This document shows positions 30,116-41,014 of a DNA stretch of 64,000 nt, piece by piece. The translations under genes and the position numbers were made by a program. The notes beneath the pieces are model-generated. The model did not search any database. It was not told where the DNA came from and saw nothing but the letters and a program-made list of their open reading frames with translations. The stretch spans positions 1 through 64,000 of the forward strand of contig OZ219865.1 in the NCBI GenBank assembly GCA_964291675.2. Reading direction: 5' to 3'. This stretch comes from Alphaproteobacteria bacterium (lineage in GTDB: Bacteria > Pseudomonadota > Alphaproteobacteria > MPNO01). The first letter of the stretch is position 1. Each line of letters starts with the position of its first letter.

Positions 30116-30706
30116 GTGCCCGCCGAGGCCGAGGATCCGATCGCCCTGTTCAACGCCTGGCTGGCCGAGGCCGAAGCGGCCGAGCCCGGCCTGGCGACGG
30201 CGATGACCCTGGCCACGGTCTCCGCCGACGGCAGGCCGTCGGCCCGCATGGTGCTGCTCAAGGGCGCCGAGCCGGCCGGCTTCGTGTTCTACACCAACAC
30301 CGGGAGCCGCAAGGGGGTCGAGCTCGACGGGACCCGCCGCGCCGCGCTGGTGTTCCACTGGAAGTCGCTCGGCCGGCAGGTGCGGATCGACGGCCCCGCC
30401 GAACGCGTCTCCGACGGCGAGGCGGACGCGTATTTCGCGACCCGGGCGCGCGGCAGCCAGATCGGCGCCTGGGCGTCCGACCAGTCGCGCCCCATGAGCA
30501 ACGCCTTCGAGCTGCAAAGGCGGGTGGCGCGCTTCACCGCCCGGTTCGGGCTCGGCAAGGTGCCGCGCCCGCCGCACTGGACCGGCTACCGCGTGCTGCC
30601 GGAAGCGATCGAGTTCTGGCGCGAGCGGCCGTTCCGCCTGCACGAGCGCAGGCTGTACCGGCGCGACGCCGGGGGGGCCTGGCGGGCGAGCCTCCTGTTT
30701 CCCTGA
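30116..30706 (+). CDS. pdxH: Pyridoxamine 5'-phosphate oxidase
   Basis: [42 protein letters not shown]. Confidence 0.96.
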   Translation: MPAEAEDPIALFNAWLAEAEAAEPGLATAMTLATVSADGRPSARMVLLKGAEPAGFVFYTNTGSRKGVELDGTRRAALVFHWKSLGRQVRIDGPAERVSDGEADAYFATRARGSQIGAWASDQSRPMSNAFELQRRVARFTARFGLGKVPRPPHWTGYRVLPEAIEFWRERPFRLHERRLYRRDAGGAWRASLLFP

Positions 30707-30792
30707 CCGGCCGCGCGCGGCCAATTTGCGGCTACCGGCGCGGCGCGGGCTCGGATATAAGGTCTGGACCCGCAAGCGGGATGGGATAGGCG

Positions 30793-31659
30793 ATGCGCTA
30801 CAGGACAGTCCTCGCTCCGGTCGGGGCGCCCGAGATCGGGTCGTCGATCCTGTCGGCGGCGCTCCACCTCGCCCGCGCCTTCGACGCGCATGTCGACGTG
30901 CTGCATGTCCGCCCCGATCCGCGCGGCCTGGTGCCCTATACCGGCGAGGGGATGGACGGCTCCATGATCGAGGAGATCATGGACGTGACCGAGCGCGAGG
31001 GCGGCGAGCGCGAGGTGCGCTCGCGCGAGATGTTCGATGCCTTCGCGGCCGAGAACGGCATCCGCGTGGCCGACGAGCCGGGCGCGGGCGCGGGCGTCTC
31101 GATGTCGTGGAAGACGACCGTCGGGCGCGAGGACGAGGTGGTCGCGACCCGCGGCAGGATCTACGACATCATCGCCGTGGGCCGCCCGCTCAAGGACGCG
31201 GCGCTGCCGTCCCCGATCACCCTGGAGGCGGCGCTGCTCGACACCGGCCGGCCGATCCTGGTCGCGCCGCCGGAGCCGGGGGAGGGGCTCGGCCGGTCGA
31301 TCGCCATCGCCTGGGAGGGGAGCCCCGAGGCCGCGCGCGCCATCGCCGACGCGATCCCGCTGCTGGAGAAGGCCGACAGCGTGACCATCCTCTCCGCCAA
31401 GGCGGCTCAGGTCTCGCCGATCGACGCCGAGGATCTGCGCCACCGCCTCGCCTGGCACGGCATCGAGGGCACCATCCAGGGCTTCGAGTCGCCGGCGAGC
31501 GAGCTCGGCGCCGCCTTCCTCGACCAGGCGTCCAGGGCCGGCGCCGATCTGCTCATCAAGGGCGCCTATTCGCAGAGCCGGCTGCGCCAGCTCATCCTCG
31601 GCGGCAGGACCCGCCACATCCTGGCGCACGCCACCATCCCCGTGCTGCTGTCGCATTGA
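30793..31659 (+). CDS. Universal stress protein (tandem USP)
   Basis: IAWEGSPEAARA, DLLIKGAYSQSRLRQLILGGRT, PVLLSH. Confidence 0.9.
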   Translation: MRYRTVLAPVGAPEIGSSILSAALHLARAFDAHVDVLHVRPDPRGLVPYTGEGMDGSMIEEIMDVTEREGGEREVRSREMFDAFAAENGIRVADEPGAGAGVSMSWKTTVGREDEVVATRGRIYDIIAVGRPLKDAALPSPITLEAALLDTGRPILVAPPEPGEGLGRSIAIAWEGSPEAARAIADAIPLLEKADSVTILSAKAAQVSPIDAEDLRHRLAWHGIEGTIQGFESPASELGAAFLDQASRAGADLLIKGAYSQSRLRQLILGGRTRHILAHATIPVLLSH

Positions 31660-31662
31660 GGC

Positions 31663-32412
31663 ATGGCGGAGCCGGCCTCCCCGCACCGCTCGATGATCCT
31701 GACCGGCGCGAGCCGCGGGATCGGCCACGCCACCGTCAAGCGCTTCAGCGAGGCCGGCTGGCGCATCCTCACGTGCTCGCGCGACGCGGTGCCGGAGGCG
31801 TGCAAGCGCGATCCCAACTGGTCCCACCACATCCCGACCGATCTCGCCGACCCGGCGAGCCTCAGGCACTTCGTCGAGGAGGCCAACGACCATATCGGCG
31901 ACGGCGCGCTGCACGCGCTGGTCAACAACGCCGCGGTCTCGCCCAAGACCGAGTACAAGGAGCGGCTGGGCTGCCTGAACGGCGATATCGGCGGCTGGCG
32001 CGACGTGTTCAACCTCAACCTGTTCGCGCCGCTGCTGCTGGCCCGCGGCTTCGCCGGCGCGCTGAGCCGCGGCAAGGGCACCATCGTCAACATCACCTCG
32101 ATCGCCGGGCATACGCGGCATCCCTTCGCGGGCTCGGCCTACGCGACCTCGAAGGCGGCGCTGTCGGCGCTGACCCGCGAGCTCGCCGTCGAGTTCGCCG
32201 AGCTCGGCGTGCGCGTCAACGCGGTCGCGCCCGGCGAGATCGAGACCGAGATGGTCGGGCCGGAATACGAGGCGCTGATCCCGCGCATCCCGCTCAACCG
32301 CATGGGCAGCGCCGACGAGGTGGCGGCGATCGTCCACCGCATGTGCGACGAGGAGTTCGGCTACGTCACCGGGACCGAGGTCTTCGTCACCGGCGGCCAG
32401 CATCTGGTGTGA
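31663..32412 (+). CDS. SDR-family oxidoreductase
   Basis: TGASRGIG, NNA, YATSK, VNAVAPG. Confidence 0.92.
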   Translation: MAEPASPHRSMILTGASRGIGHATVKRFSEAGWRILTCSRDAVPEACKRDPNWSHHIPTDLADPASLRHFVEEANDHIGDGALHALVNNAAVSPKTEYKERLGCLNGDIGGWRDVFNLNLFAPLLLARGFAGALSRGKGTIVNITSIAGHTRHPFAGSAYATSKAALSALTRELAVEFAELGVRVNAVAPGEIETEMVGPEYEALIPRIPLNRMGSADEVAAIVHRMCDEEFGYVTGTEVFVTGGQHLV

Positions 32413-32464
32413 CGCGTCCTTGCCCCGGCCATGACGTGGCGGAGACAGGGGCGAGACACCCGGC

Positions 32465-32977
32465 TCAGAACGGGATCGAGATGGCCTCGTGCACGGCGTC
32501 GCAGTTGAGCAGCGTCGCCTTCTTGGACGCGATCAGGAAGCTCGCGGCCGCGCGGACCAGCCGGTAGTCGTAGCGCCCGCCGAAGCTGCGCTGGCCGTGC
32601 CCGGGGCGGTAGTCGAGCATGACGAAGCGGGCGCTGACCGCGTAGCTCCGGGCGTCCGGGTCCGGCGGCTCGACCAGGACATTGCCGATCGCGTGGCTGG
32701 TGCGGCTCGGCGGGATCTGGGCGTGCACCCGGGGGTGGCGCAGCCGGGCGAGGCGGGTCGCCATCAGCTCGCGGTCGTCGAAGAACAGCGAGACATGCTC
32801 CCACGGGTCGTCCTGGTCGATCTTCGCCGGCGCCCAGTAGGTGCCGTCCTCGGCGAACAGCGCGATCCAGTCCTCGAACCGGCGGTCGTCCAGGAGCGAG
32901 AGCTCGCGGATCAGGAAGCGCTCGACCTCCCGCGTCACCAGGAGCTCGGCGAGCGCCGTATCGGCGGAGCCCCCCAT
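32465..32977 (-). CDS. Aromatic ring-hydroxylating dioxygenase beta subunit
   Basis: MGGSAD...EVERFLIRELSLLDDRRFEDWIALF..DGTYWAP, PSRTSH; TGATG overlap with alpha subunit. Confidence 0.9.
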   Translation of the reverse strand: MGGSADTALAELLVTREVERFLIRELSLLDDRRFEDWIALFAEDGTYWAPAKIDQDDPWEHVSLFFDDRELMATRLARLRHPRVHAQIPPSRTSHAIGNVLVEPPDPDARSYAVSARFVMLDYRPGHGQRSFGGRYDYRLVRAAASFLIASKKATLLNCDAVHEAISIPF

Positions 32978-34266
32978 CAGCCGCGCGACATCAGCGACAG
33001 CCAGGTCGCGTAGTGGTTGCGCATGGCCACCTCGCTGGTGCCGATCGAGCTCACCCGCCCGGTATTGTGGTCGAGCGTCTCCGGCCCCTCGCGGGCCAGC
33101 AGGATCCATTCGTTGCCGGTCGTGGCCAGCCCCTCCTGCGCCCGGGCGAAGGCCTCGACGTCGTCGGTCTGCACCATCGAGGACGCCGAATGGGTGCCGT
33201 TGAGGATGCGGACCTGCTCGCGGAACATCTGCTCCGGCGCGCCCTTGAGCCTGATCGGGTAGACGAAGATCTCGGTCAGGTCCGCCGCCACCGGGCGGAT
33301 CACCCGGATATGCGGGTTGAGCTCCTGCATCGCCATGTTGGGGTAGAAGATGACGTTGTGCCGCGTCTTGGTCAGGATCTCCCTGGTCCGCTCCCTGCCG
33401 TGCCGCGCCTCCAGCCGGGCAACGTAGTCGAGGTGGATGTCGGAGCTGTTCTCGATCTGCGGCAGCCCGCCCTGCCAGGAATGCCCGTTGGGCAGGGCCG
33501 AGACCCCGAGCGGGTCCATCGACTTGACGCGGCCCCGCTTCTCGAAGAACTCGATGCCGCCCTTGTCCCCCTTGCGCCGGACGAATTGCCGCCCCGACGG
33601 GCGCGACGAGGATTCGTGGCTGTAGGCCGGGTGGTACATGTCGGACAAATTGTCGATCTGGAACTTCCAGTTGCCGCGATACATGTAGCGGTGGACCCCG
33701 CCGCTGATCTCGACCTCGCCGTCGGGCGCGCTCGCCGCGAGGTCTTCGAGGCAGAACACGTTGGCGCCGAGCCAGTCGCGCAGCCCCGGCCCGTCCGGCG
33801 ACAGGTTGGCGAACACGAAGCCGCGGATCCGGTCGACCCGGGCGACGCGCCCCATGCCGTCGCGCACCCGGTCGGGCTCGCGCCCCTCGGGATAGCCCTC
33901 GGGCTGGGTGACGAAGTCGAGGTCGCCGTTCGTGTCGTAGGTCCATCCGTGATACATGCAGACGAAGCGCCTCGCGTTGCCCGCTTCCTCGGCCACCACC
34001 TTCACGCCGCGATGGCCGCAGCGGTTGTAGAGCACGCAGACCTCGCCGTCGGAATGGCGGGTCATGACCACCGGCTGAGCGCCGATCCGCGTGCACAGGA
34101 AGTCGCCGGGCTCCGGCACCTGCGAGGCATGGCCGACATAGACCCAGCTCCGCGCGAAGATGCGCTCCATCTCGAGGTCGAAGATCGCCGGGTCCTGGAA
34201 CACGTCGCGATGCACCCTGGTGTCGGTCACCAGCCGCGACAGATCGCCGCCGCCGTTCTCCAGCAT
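32977..34266 (-). CDS. Rieske ring-hydroxylating oxygenase alpha subunit
   Basis: NRCGHRG / CMYHGW Rieske motif; GNWKFQIDNLSDMYHPAYSH; TDD; GGAGG RBS. Confidence 0.93.
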   Translation of the reverse strand: MLENGGGDLSRLVTDTRVHRDVFQDPAIFDLEMERIFARSWVYVGHASQVPEPGDFLCTRIGAQPVVMTRHSDGEVCVLYNRCGHRGVKVVAEEAGNARRFVCMYHGWTYDTNGDLDFVTQPEGYPEGREPDRVRDGMGRVARVDRIRGFVFANLSPDGPGLRDWLGANVFCLEDLAASAPDGEVEISGGVHRYMYRGNWKFQIDNLSDMYHPAYSHESSSRPSGRQFVRRKGDKGGIEFFEKRGRVKSMDPLGVSALPNGHSWQGGLPQIENSSDIHLDYVARLEARHGRERTREILTKTRHNVIFYPNMAMQELNPHIRVIRPVAADLTEIFVYPIRLKGAPEQMFREQVRILNGTHSASSMVQTDDVEAFARAQEGLATTGNEWILLAREGPETLDHNTGRVSSIGTSEVAMRNHYATWLSLMSRG

Positions 34267-34324
34267 GTCGCCCTCCCGATACAGGCCCGAAACGATCTTG
34301 CGGCTTCGCCCGGGGCGGTTCAAC

Positions 34325-34555
34325 CGTCCTTCGATACGCGCCCTTCGGGGGCTACTCAGGATGAGGAGTGGTGAGTGGGATGCGCAAAGGAGCCCTCATC
34401 CCGAGTAGGCGCGAAGCGCCGTATCGAGGGACCGCGCCCTGGGCCGTCCTTCGATACGCCCGCCTGCGGCGGGCTACTCAGGATGAGGGTTTGGTTTGGA
34501 AGGCCGACACCCACCCCTCATCCTGAGTAGCGGCGAAGCCGCGTATCGAAGGACG
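34325..34555. repeat. Four family-2 REP palindromes as two inverted pairs
   Basis: CGTCCTTCGATACG-hairpin-CTACTCAGGATGAG at ~34325 and ~34445; reverse copies at ~34395 and ~34515; central hairpins differ. Confidence 0.9.
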
Positions 34556-34583
34556 CAACGGATCGAGGCGAGACGTACACGCC

Positions 34584-35108
34584 CTACAGCGTGCCGCGGA
34601 GCGATTCCAGCCAGTCCCGGCGCGACCGGGCGAGGTCGATGTCGTGGCGCAGCCAGCCGGCGAAATGGCCGGGGTCGTCGCGGTCCCCGAGCTCGAGGTC
34701 GCCGAGACGCGCGATTTCCGCGTCGCAGGTCTCGATCATCCGGTCGGTCTGCGCGCGCTGCTCGTCCGCCGGGAGGTGGTGCAGGAAGCGGATCTTCAGC
34801 GCGAAGGCGAGCCTGCCGACATCGCAGTTGGGCGCGCGGACGGCGCTGCGCAGCAATTCATGCAGATGGGCGCGCCCGGCCTCGGTGATGCGCAGCGCCT
34901 CGCCGTCGCCCTCGCCCTCGACCAGCCCCTCGGTCTTCAACAATTCGATCGAGCTTCCCAGCAGGTCGAGCGAGGGGCCGACGATGCGGCTGGTGAAATC
35001 GCGGACCGCATTGGCGAGCGCGGCATAGCGCCTCGGGCTCTCGCACACCATGCCGAGGGCGGCGAGCCGCACGGCTTCCTTGGGAAGCAGCGAGTGGTCG
35101 TTGAACAT
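34584..35108 (-). CDS. Conserved hypothetical protein, PadR-like winged helix
   Basis: 174 aa; IELLKTEGLV...LRITEAGRAHLHELL and LKIRFLHHL resemble the PadR wing and C-terminal helices. Confidence 0.65.
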   Translation of the reverse strand: MFNDHSLLPKEAVRLAALGMVCESPRRYAALANAVRDFTSRIVGPSLDLLGSSIELLKTEGLVEGEGDGEALRITEAGRAHLHELLRSAVRAPNCDVGRLAFALKIRFLHHLPADEQRAQTDRMIETCDAEIARLGDLELGDRDDPGHFAGWLRHDIDLARSRRDWLESLRGTL

Positions 35109-35135
35109 CCGGCGGGCCCGGTGCGGTTGCCTCCC

Positions 35136-36347
35136 TCAGGCGGCGAATTTGAGGTCGAGGCGGCCCCACACGTCCTGCAGCGCCGCGACGAGCCGGTCCA
35201 TCGCCTCGTCGTCGTGCAGCGGCGTCGGGGTGAGCCTCAGCCGTTCCGTCCCCTTCGGCACGGTCGGGTAGTTGATCGGCTGGACGTAGATCGCGTGGCG
35301 CTCCATCAGCGCATCCGTCACCTGCTTGCAGCGCACCGCATCGCCGACGAAGACGGGCACGATATGGGACGGCGAGGGCATCGCCGGCAGCCGGGCCTGG
35401 CGCAGCTTCGCCTTGAGCGTGCGGGCGCGCTCCTGGTGGCGCTCGCGCAGCTCGCCGGCCGCGCTCACATGGCGGATGCTGGCCCGTGCGCCGGCGGCGA
35501 TGGCGGGCGGCAGCGAGGTGGTGAAGATGAACCCGGCGGCGTGGCTCCTGATGTAGTCGACCATCGCGGCGGAGCCCGCGATATAGCCGCCGACGACGCC
35601 GAACGCCTTGGCGAGCGTCCCCTGGACGATGTCGATCCGGTGCATCGCGCCGTCGCGCTCGGCGACGCCCGCGCCGCGCTCGCCGTAGAGCCCGACCGCA
35701 TGGACCTCGTCGAGATAGGTCATCGCGCCGTGCGCCTCGGCGACGTCGCAGATTTCCGCGATCGGGGCGAAATCGCCGTCCATCGAGTAGAGCGATTCGA
35801 AGGCGACGATCTTGGGCGCGTCCGCGTCGCACTCGGCGAGCAGCCGGTCGAGATGGTCGACGTCGTTGTGGCCAAAAATCTTCTTCTCCGCCCGGCTGTA
35901 GCGGATGCCGGCGATCATCGAGGCGTGGTTGTCGGCGTCGGAGACGATCACGCAGCCCGGCAGGGTCTGGCCGAGCGTCCCGAGCGTCGCCTCGTTGGCG
36001 ACATAGCCCGAGGTGAACAGCAGCGCGGCCTCGGTGCGGTGCAGCCGCGCCAGCTCCTCCTCCAGCAGGACGTGGTAGTGGCTGGTGCCCGAGATGTTGC
36101 GGGTGCCGCCCGCGCCGGCGCCCACCCGGTCGAGCGCCTCGTGCATCGCCGCCACCACCTGGGGGTGCTGCCCCATGCCGAGATAGTCGTTGCTGCACCA
36201 GACGGTCACCTCCTCGACCGCGCCGGCGGCGTGGCGCGCGGCCCTGGGGAAGGCGCCGGCATGGCGTTCGAGATCGGCGAATACCCGGTAGCGCCCGTCG
36301 CTTCTGAGACGCGCCAGCCGGTCGCAAAAGAATTTTTCGTAATCCAT
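35136..36347 (-). CDS. hemA: 5-aminolevulinate synthase
   Basis: [53 protein letters not shown]. Confidence 0.97.
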   Translation of the reverse strand: MDYEKFFCDRLARLRSDGRYRVFADLERHAGAFPRAARHAAGAVEEVTVWCSNDYLGMGQHPQVVAAMHEALDRVGAGAGGTRNISGTSHYHVLLEEELARLHRTEAALLFTSGYVANEATLGTLGQTLPGCVIVSDADNHASMIAGIRYSRAEKKIFGHNDVDHLDRLLAECDADAPKIVAFESLYSMDGDFAPIAEICDVAEAHGAMTYLDEVHAVGLYGERGAGVAERDGAMHRIDIVQGTLAKAFGVVGGYIAGSAAMVDYIRSHAAGFIFTTSLPPAIAAGARASIRHVSAAGELRERHQERARTLKAKLRQARLPAMPSPSHIVPVFVGDAVRCKQVTDALMERHAIYVQPINYPTVPKGTERLRLTPTPLHDDEAMDRLVAALQDVWGRLDLKFAA

Positions 36348-36378
36348 CGCCCCAGACTCTCTGCCGGGGTCCCGCCGG

Positions 36379-37767
36379 TCAGGCGAGACCCTGCTCGGCC
36401 ACAAAGCGCGCGGTGTCGTCGAGCGCCCGGCCGAACCGGGCGAGCATCTCGTCGATCTCCGCCTCGCCGATGATCAGGGGCGGCGAGAACGCGACCCGGT
36501 CGCCCAGCCCGCGGACGATCAGCCCGTGCTCCTCGGCGCGTCCGGCGAGATAGGCGCCGAGCTTCGCTGCCGGGTCGAAGGGCCGCGCGGTCACCTTGTC
36601 GGCGACCAGCTCGACGACCCCGACCAGGCCGATCCCGGCGATCTCCCCGGTCAGCGGATGATCGGCGAAGGCGGCGAGGCCGTCCTGGAGATGCGGCGCG
36701 GCGCTCGCGACCCGTCCGACGAGATCGATTTCGTCGTAGATCGCCAGCGTCTCCAGCGCCACCGCGGCCGGTACCGGATGGCCGGAATAGGTGAAGCCGT
36801 GGCCGAGCGTCCCGAGCGCGTGGCTCCCCTCGGCGATGCCGCGATAGACCTTCTCGTTGACCTGCACCGCGGCGATCGGCAGATAGCCCGACGACAGCGC
36901 CTTCGCCATGGTCATCAGATCGGGCTCCAGCCCGTAGGTCTCGGAGCCCCACATCCGCCCGGTCCGGCCGAAGCCGCAGATCACCTCGTCGACCACGAAC
37001 AACACGTCGTGGCGCTTCAGCACCTGCTGGATCTTCTCGAAATAGGTCGCCGGCGGCAGGATCACGCCGCCCGCCCCCATGACCGGTTCGGCGAAGAAGG
37101 CAGCGACGGTTTCCGGCCCCTCGGCGAGGATCAGCCGCTCCAGCGACTCCGCGCAGCGCGAGGCGAAGTCCTCCTCGCTCTCGCCATCCTTCCCCTCGCG
37201 CCAGTAATGCGGGCAGTCGGTATGCAGGAAGCCGGGGAAGGGCAGGTCGAACCCGGCATGGTTGCGCGGCACCCCGGTCACGCTCGCCGCCGCGGCGGTG
37301 ATGCCGTGATAGCCGCGCGCCCGCCCGACGATCTTCTTCTTGGCCGGGCGGCCGATGGCGTTGTTGTAGAACCAGATCAGCTTGATGGCGCTGTCGATCG
37401 CCTCCGAGCCGGAGTTGGTGAAGAAGGTCCGCGCCATCGGCACCGGCGCCAGCGCCTTGAGGCGTTCGGCGAGCTCGACCTGGGGCTCGTGGCTGCGCCG
37501 GTCGAAGCCGTGATAGAAGGGCAGGGTGCGCATCTGGCGGCTCGCCGCCTCGGCCAGGCGCTCGTTGCCGAAGCCGAGCGAGACGCACCAGAGCCCGGCC
37601 ATCCCCTCGATATACTCCTTGCCGGTCTCGTCCCAGACATAGACGCCGTCGCCGCGCGCCATGACCAGCGAGCCCTCGCGCTCGTTCTCGACCGCGTCGG
37701 TATAGGGGTGGAGCAGCGCCTGCGGGTCTCGGAACCGGTAAAGGTTCGATCGGGTCGCGGTATCCAT
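36379..37767 (-). CDS. Class III aminotransferase (omega-amino acid/polyamine type)
   Basis: [54 protein letters not shown]. Confidence 0.93.
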   Translation of the reverse strand: MDTATRSNLYRFRDPQALLHPYTDAVENEREGSLVMARGDGVYVWDETGKEYIEGMAGLWCVSLGFGNERLAEAASRQMRTLPFYHGFDRRSHEPQVELAERLKALAPVPMARTFFTNSGSEAIDSAIKLIWFYNNAIGRPAKKKIVGRARGYHGITAAAASVTGVPRNHAGFDLPFPGFLHTDCPHYWREGKDGESEEDFASRCAESLERLILAEGPETVAAFFAEPVMGAGGVILPPATYFEKIQQVLKRHDVLFVVDEVICGFGRTGRMWGSETYGLEPDLMTMAKALSSGYLPIAAVQVNEKVYRGIAEGSHALGTLGHGFTYSGHPVPAAVALETLAIYDEIDLVGRVASAAPHLQDGLAAFADHPLTGEIAGIGLVGVVELVADKVTARPFDPAAKLGAYLAGRAEEHGLIVRGLGDRVAFSPPLIIGEAEIDEMLARFGRALDDTARFVAEQGLA

Positions 37768-37780
37768 CGAAAAAATCCGT

Positions 37781-38839
37781 TCAGCCGCCGGTGACGCTCA
37801 TATGGCGCGGCACCGCGGGATCGCGCCGGCGCCGGTCGATGACGAAGTCGTGGCCCTTGGGCTTGCGGCCGATGGCCTCGTCGATCGCCGCCATCAGGAG
37901 GTCGTCGTCCGGGCCGGCGCGCAGCGGCGCGCGAAGATCGGCGGCATCCTCCTGTCCGAGGCACATATAGAGCGTGCCGGTGCAGGTGAGGCGTACGCGG
38001 TTGCAGGATTCGCAGAAATTGTGGGTCATCGGGGTGATGAAGCCGACCCGCCCGCCGGTCTCGCGGCAATGCGTGTAGCGCGCCGGCCCGCCGGTCGAAT
38101 AGTCGCTCTCGTCGAGGGTGAAGCGGCGCCTGAGCGCGGCGCGCACCATCGAGAGCGGCAGGTACTGGTCGAGCCGCGCGTCGCCGCCGATCTCGCCCAG
38201 CGGCATGACCTCGATGAAGGTGAGGTCGTAGCCGCGGCCGCCGCACCATTCGACCATGTCGGAGAGCTCGTCGTCGTTGACGCCCCTGAGCGCCACCGTG
38301 TTGATCTTGACCCGGAGCCCGGCCGCCTCCGCCGCCGCGAGCCCGTCCATCACCTGCTCCAGCCGGCCCCAGCGGGTGATGTCGGCGAATTTCGCGGCGT
38401 CCAGCGTATCCAGCGAGACGTTGATCCGCCTGACCCCGGCGTCGCGCAGGTCGTTGGCGAAGCGCCCGAGCTGGCTGCCGTTGGTGGTGAGCGTGAGCTC
38501 GTCCAGCGTGCCGTCCCCGAGATGGCGGCCGAGGCGCTGGATCAGCCACATTATGTTGCGGCGCACCAGGGGCTCGCCGCCGGTGAGCCTCAGCTTGCGC
38601 ACGCCGCGGCGCACGAAGGCGCTGCACAGCCGGTCCAGCTCTTCGAGGGTGAGCACCTCCGCCTTGGGCAGGAAGGTCATCGATTCCGCCATGCAGTAGA
38701 CGCAGCGGAAGTCGCAGCGGTCGGTCACCGAGACCCGGAGATAGGAGACCCGCCGGTCGAACGGGTCGATCAGCAGCGGCGATTCCGCGCCATTCCCGTC
38801 CCGGCTCGCCGATCCGTTATCTGAAACCCGATCGCCCAT
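37781..38839 (-). CDS. moaA: GTP 3',8-cyclase
   Basis: [33 protein letters not shown]-terminal MSVTGG; start could be 38878. Confidence 0.97.
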   Translation of the reverse strand: MGDRVSDNGSASRDGNGAESPLLIDPFDRRVSYLRVSVTDRCDFRCVYCMAESMTFLPKAEVLTLEELDRLCSAFVRRGVRKLRLTGGEPLVRRNIMWLIQRLGRHLGDGTLDELTLTTNGSQLGRFANDLRDAGVRRINVSLDTLDAAKFADITRWGRLEQVMDGLAAAEAAGLRVKINTVALRGVNDDELSDMVEWCGGRGYDLTFIEVMPLGEIGGDARLDQYLPLSMVRAALRRRFTLDESDYSTGGPARYTHCRETGGRVGFITPMTHNFCESCNRVRLTCTGTLYMCLGQEDAADLRAPLRAGPDDDLLMAAIDEAIGRKPKGHDFVIDRRRRDPAVPRHMSVTGG

Positions 38840-38980
38840 CTTCCTGCCGGCGGCATGCGGAGCATCCGCGACGGCCATCGACCGTCGCCTTCGGGAGCGA
38901 AATTAGGTCAAACGCCGCCGCTTGTCATTATCCCGTGTCGAAATCGCCCTCGTTTCCGCTCCGGCGGTACCGCAGGACGG

Positions 38981-39940
38981 TCAATCGATATCGGCGGAGA
39001 ACGGGTGAACCGGCACGTCCCTGGGACGAAACAGGTACCGGGCGAAGATGTCGGCATAGCCGCGATAGGCAAACCCGTTCGCCGGTTCGGATCGCCTGCC
39101 GCACTCTTGCCGGTGGGTCTCCCGCAGGCGGAACCAGGGCAGGTCCGGCCGGCGGTGATGCAGCGCGTGAAAGTTGTTGCCGAGATAGAGCAGGCGCCAG
39201 AACAGCGAGGCCTCGACCGTTGCCGAGCGCGCGTCCCGCCCCGCCGCCGGCCGATGCTCGTTGAACGAGCGGTGCAGGGTGAGGGAGAGGCCGATCAGGG
39301 CGGCGAGGAGATAGACCCATAACGGCATGCCGCAGACCGCCGTAACCCACCACAGGAGCGCCGCCACGAGCGCGAGGTGAGGCCACCATTCGCGCACCGT
39401 GCGGCGTCCGTCCGGCCCCGTCAACGCGCGGAATTCCGTCCACCAGTACCGCGCGACCACGATCGCCGGCCCAACGGACAGACGGCCCGGAAGCGTGTTG
39501 TTGAAGATCATGAGACGACGCACGACGCGCGGCATGCGCCGCCACTGCCCGGCCGTGACGTAGAAGGATTCCGGGTCGGTTCCCGGGTCCGTCAGCCGGG
39601 TCACGCGGTGATGCAGCAGATGCACCCGCCGATAGGCGTGGAACGGCATCCACAAGCCGAGCGGCAGCATGCCGAGGGCGTCGTTGAGCGCACGGTATCG
39701 GGTCGGATGGCCGTGGATCGCCTCGTGCTGAAGCGAATTGTGCCAGGCGACGATGCACCCGAGCGCCGGCGCGGCGATCCACCACGGCAGCAGCGCGGCG
39801 TGCAGGGTGAGCAGCAGCCAGCCGCCGTAGATCGCCGCCGCGACCAGCCAGGTCGGAAGCTCGCCGCGGCGCAGGGATGCGCGCAACGGCCCCGCTTCAT
39901 CGATCGTGCGCGCGGCAACCGTTGAGCCGGGTCCAGACAT
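38981..39940 (-). CDS. Membrane fatty-acid-desaturase-superfamily enzyme
   Basis: His boxes HNSLQHEAIH, HLLHH, EH...HALHH; DPES motif. Confidence 0.88.
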   Translation of the reverse strand: MSGPGSTVAARTIDEAGPLRASLRRGELPTWLVAAAIYGGWLLLTLHAALLPWWIAAPALGCIVAWHNSLQHEAIHGHPTRYRALNDALGMLPLGLWMPFHAYRRVHLLHHRVTRLTDPGTDPESFYVTAGQWRRMPRVVRRLMIFNNTLPGRLSVGPAIVVARYWWTEFRALTGPDGRRTVREWWPHLALVAALLWWVTAVCGMPLWVYLLAALIGLSLTLHRSFNEHRPAAGRDARSATVEASLFWRLLYLGNNFHALHHRRPDLPWFRLRETHRQECGRRSEPANGFAYRGYADIFARYLFRPRDVPVHPFSADID

Positions 39941-40106
39941 TCAGGTTCCTCTGGCGCTCCGCCACGTCGCGGACAGAGCTGTGAAAATCCTTCACGAAAT
40001 ATGTGCCGCATCCCAAATTGTGATTCAATATGCATCTTGTCACTTTCAAAATAAAATGTTGATATAAGTAACGCCTGTTGATAGGCTGTTGGAAAGGAGG
40101 CGCGCG

Positions 40107-40991
40107 ATGGGACTGACGGTCAACCTGGATCGGCGCGATTTCGCGCGCGCGTTCCGCGACCGGCTGGCGGAGGCGCTGGACCGCGCCGGGATGAACCGTA
40201 CGGAGCTCGCGCGCGCGGTCGGGATCGACCGTTCGACGCTGTCGCTGCTGATGTCGGAGGAGACCGACCGGCTGCCGAGGGCGGACACCGCCGCGGCGAT
40301 CGCCAATGCGCTCCAGGTCAGCCTGGACTGGCTGCTCGGGCTCAGCAACGAAGCCGATCTGGGCGCCGACATTCACCCGGAGACGATGGAATTCGCGCCG
40401 AGCTCGCCCACCCCCCTCGACGAGAGGATCAACCGCTGGATCGAGGAAGCGGTGGGCTACAAGATCCGCTACGTCCCCACCACCATTCCCGATCTCGCCA
40501 AGACCGACGCGGTGTTGCAGCACGAATACCGCGATTTCGCGGTCAAGTCGGCGGACCAGGCCATCGCGCTGAGCCAGCAGAAGCTCGCCTATGCCCGCCT
40601 GCCCGAAACCGACATGGAGATCTGCACGCCGGTGCAGGCGATCACCGGCTTCGCCCATGGCGAGGGGGTGTGGGACGGCCTGGCGCTCGACGACCGGCTG
40701 GACCAGCTGGATCGCCTGATCGTGCTGGTCGAAGAGCTCTACCCCACCCTCAGGCTCTACCTGTTCGACGGGCTCACCCATTACGCGGCGCCGTACACCA
40801 TCTTCGGGCCCCAGCGGGTCGCGCTCTACGCCGGCCAGGTGTACCTGGTGTTCAACACCCGCGAGCACATCCGCGTGCTCACCCGGCATTTCGACGATCT
40901 GGTCCGCGCCGCCGTGGTCAACTCCGCCGAGGCCGGGGGGTATCTGCGCCGGCTGCGCGGCGTGCTGACCGGCGGCGCCGGCCCGGCGTAG
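40107..40991 (+). CDS. XRE-family HTH transcriptional regulator
   Basis: RTELARAVGIDRSTLSLL...VSLDWLLG; GGAGG RBS; divergent from desaturase across an AT-rich spacer. Confidence 0.88.
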   Translation: MGLTVNLDRRDFARAFRDRLAEALDRAGMNRTELARAVGIDRSTLSLLMSEETDRLPRADTAAAIANALQVSLDWLLGLSNEADLGADIHPETMEFAPSSPTPLDERINRWIEEAVGYKIRYVPTTIPDLAKTDAVLQHEYRDFAVKSADQAIALSQQKLAYARLPETDMEICTPVQAITGFAHGEGVWDGLALDDRLDQLDRLIVLVEELYPTLRLYLFDGLTHYAAPYTIFGPQRVALYAGQVYLVFNTREHIRVLTRHFDDLVRAAVVNSAEAGGYLRRLRGVLTGGAGPA

Positions 40992-41014
40992 CGGCGACCG
41001 AGGAGGGCGCGCCG

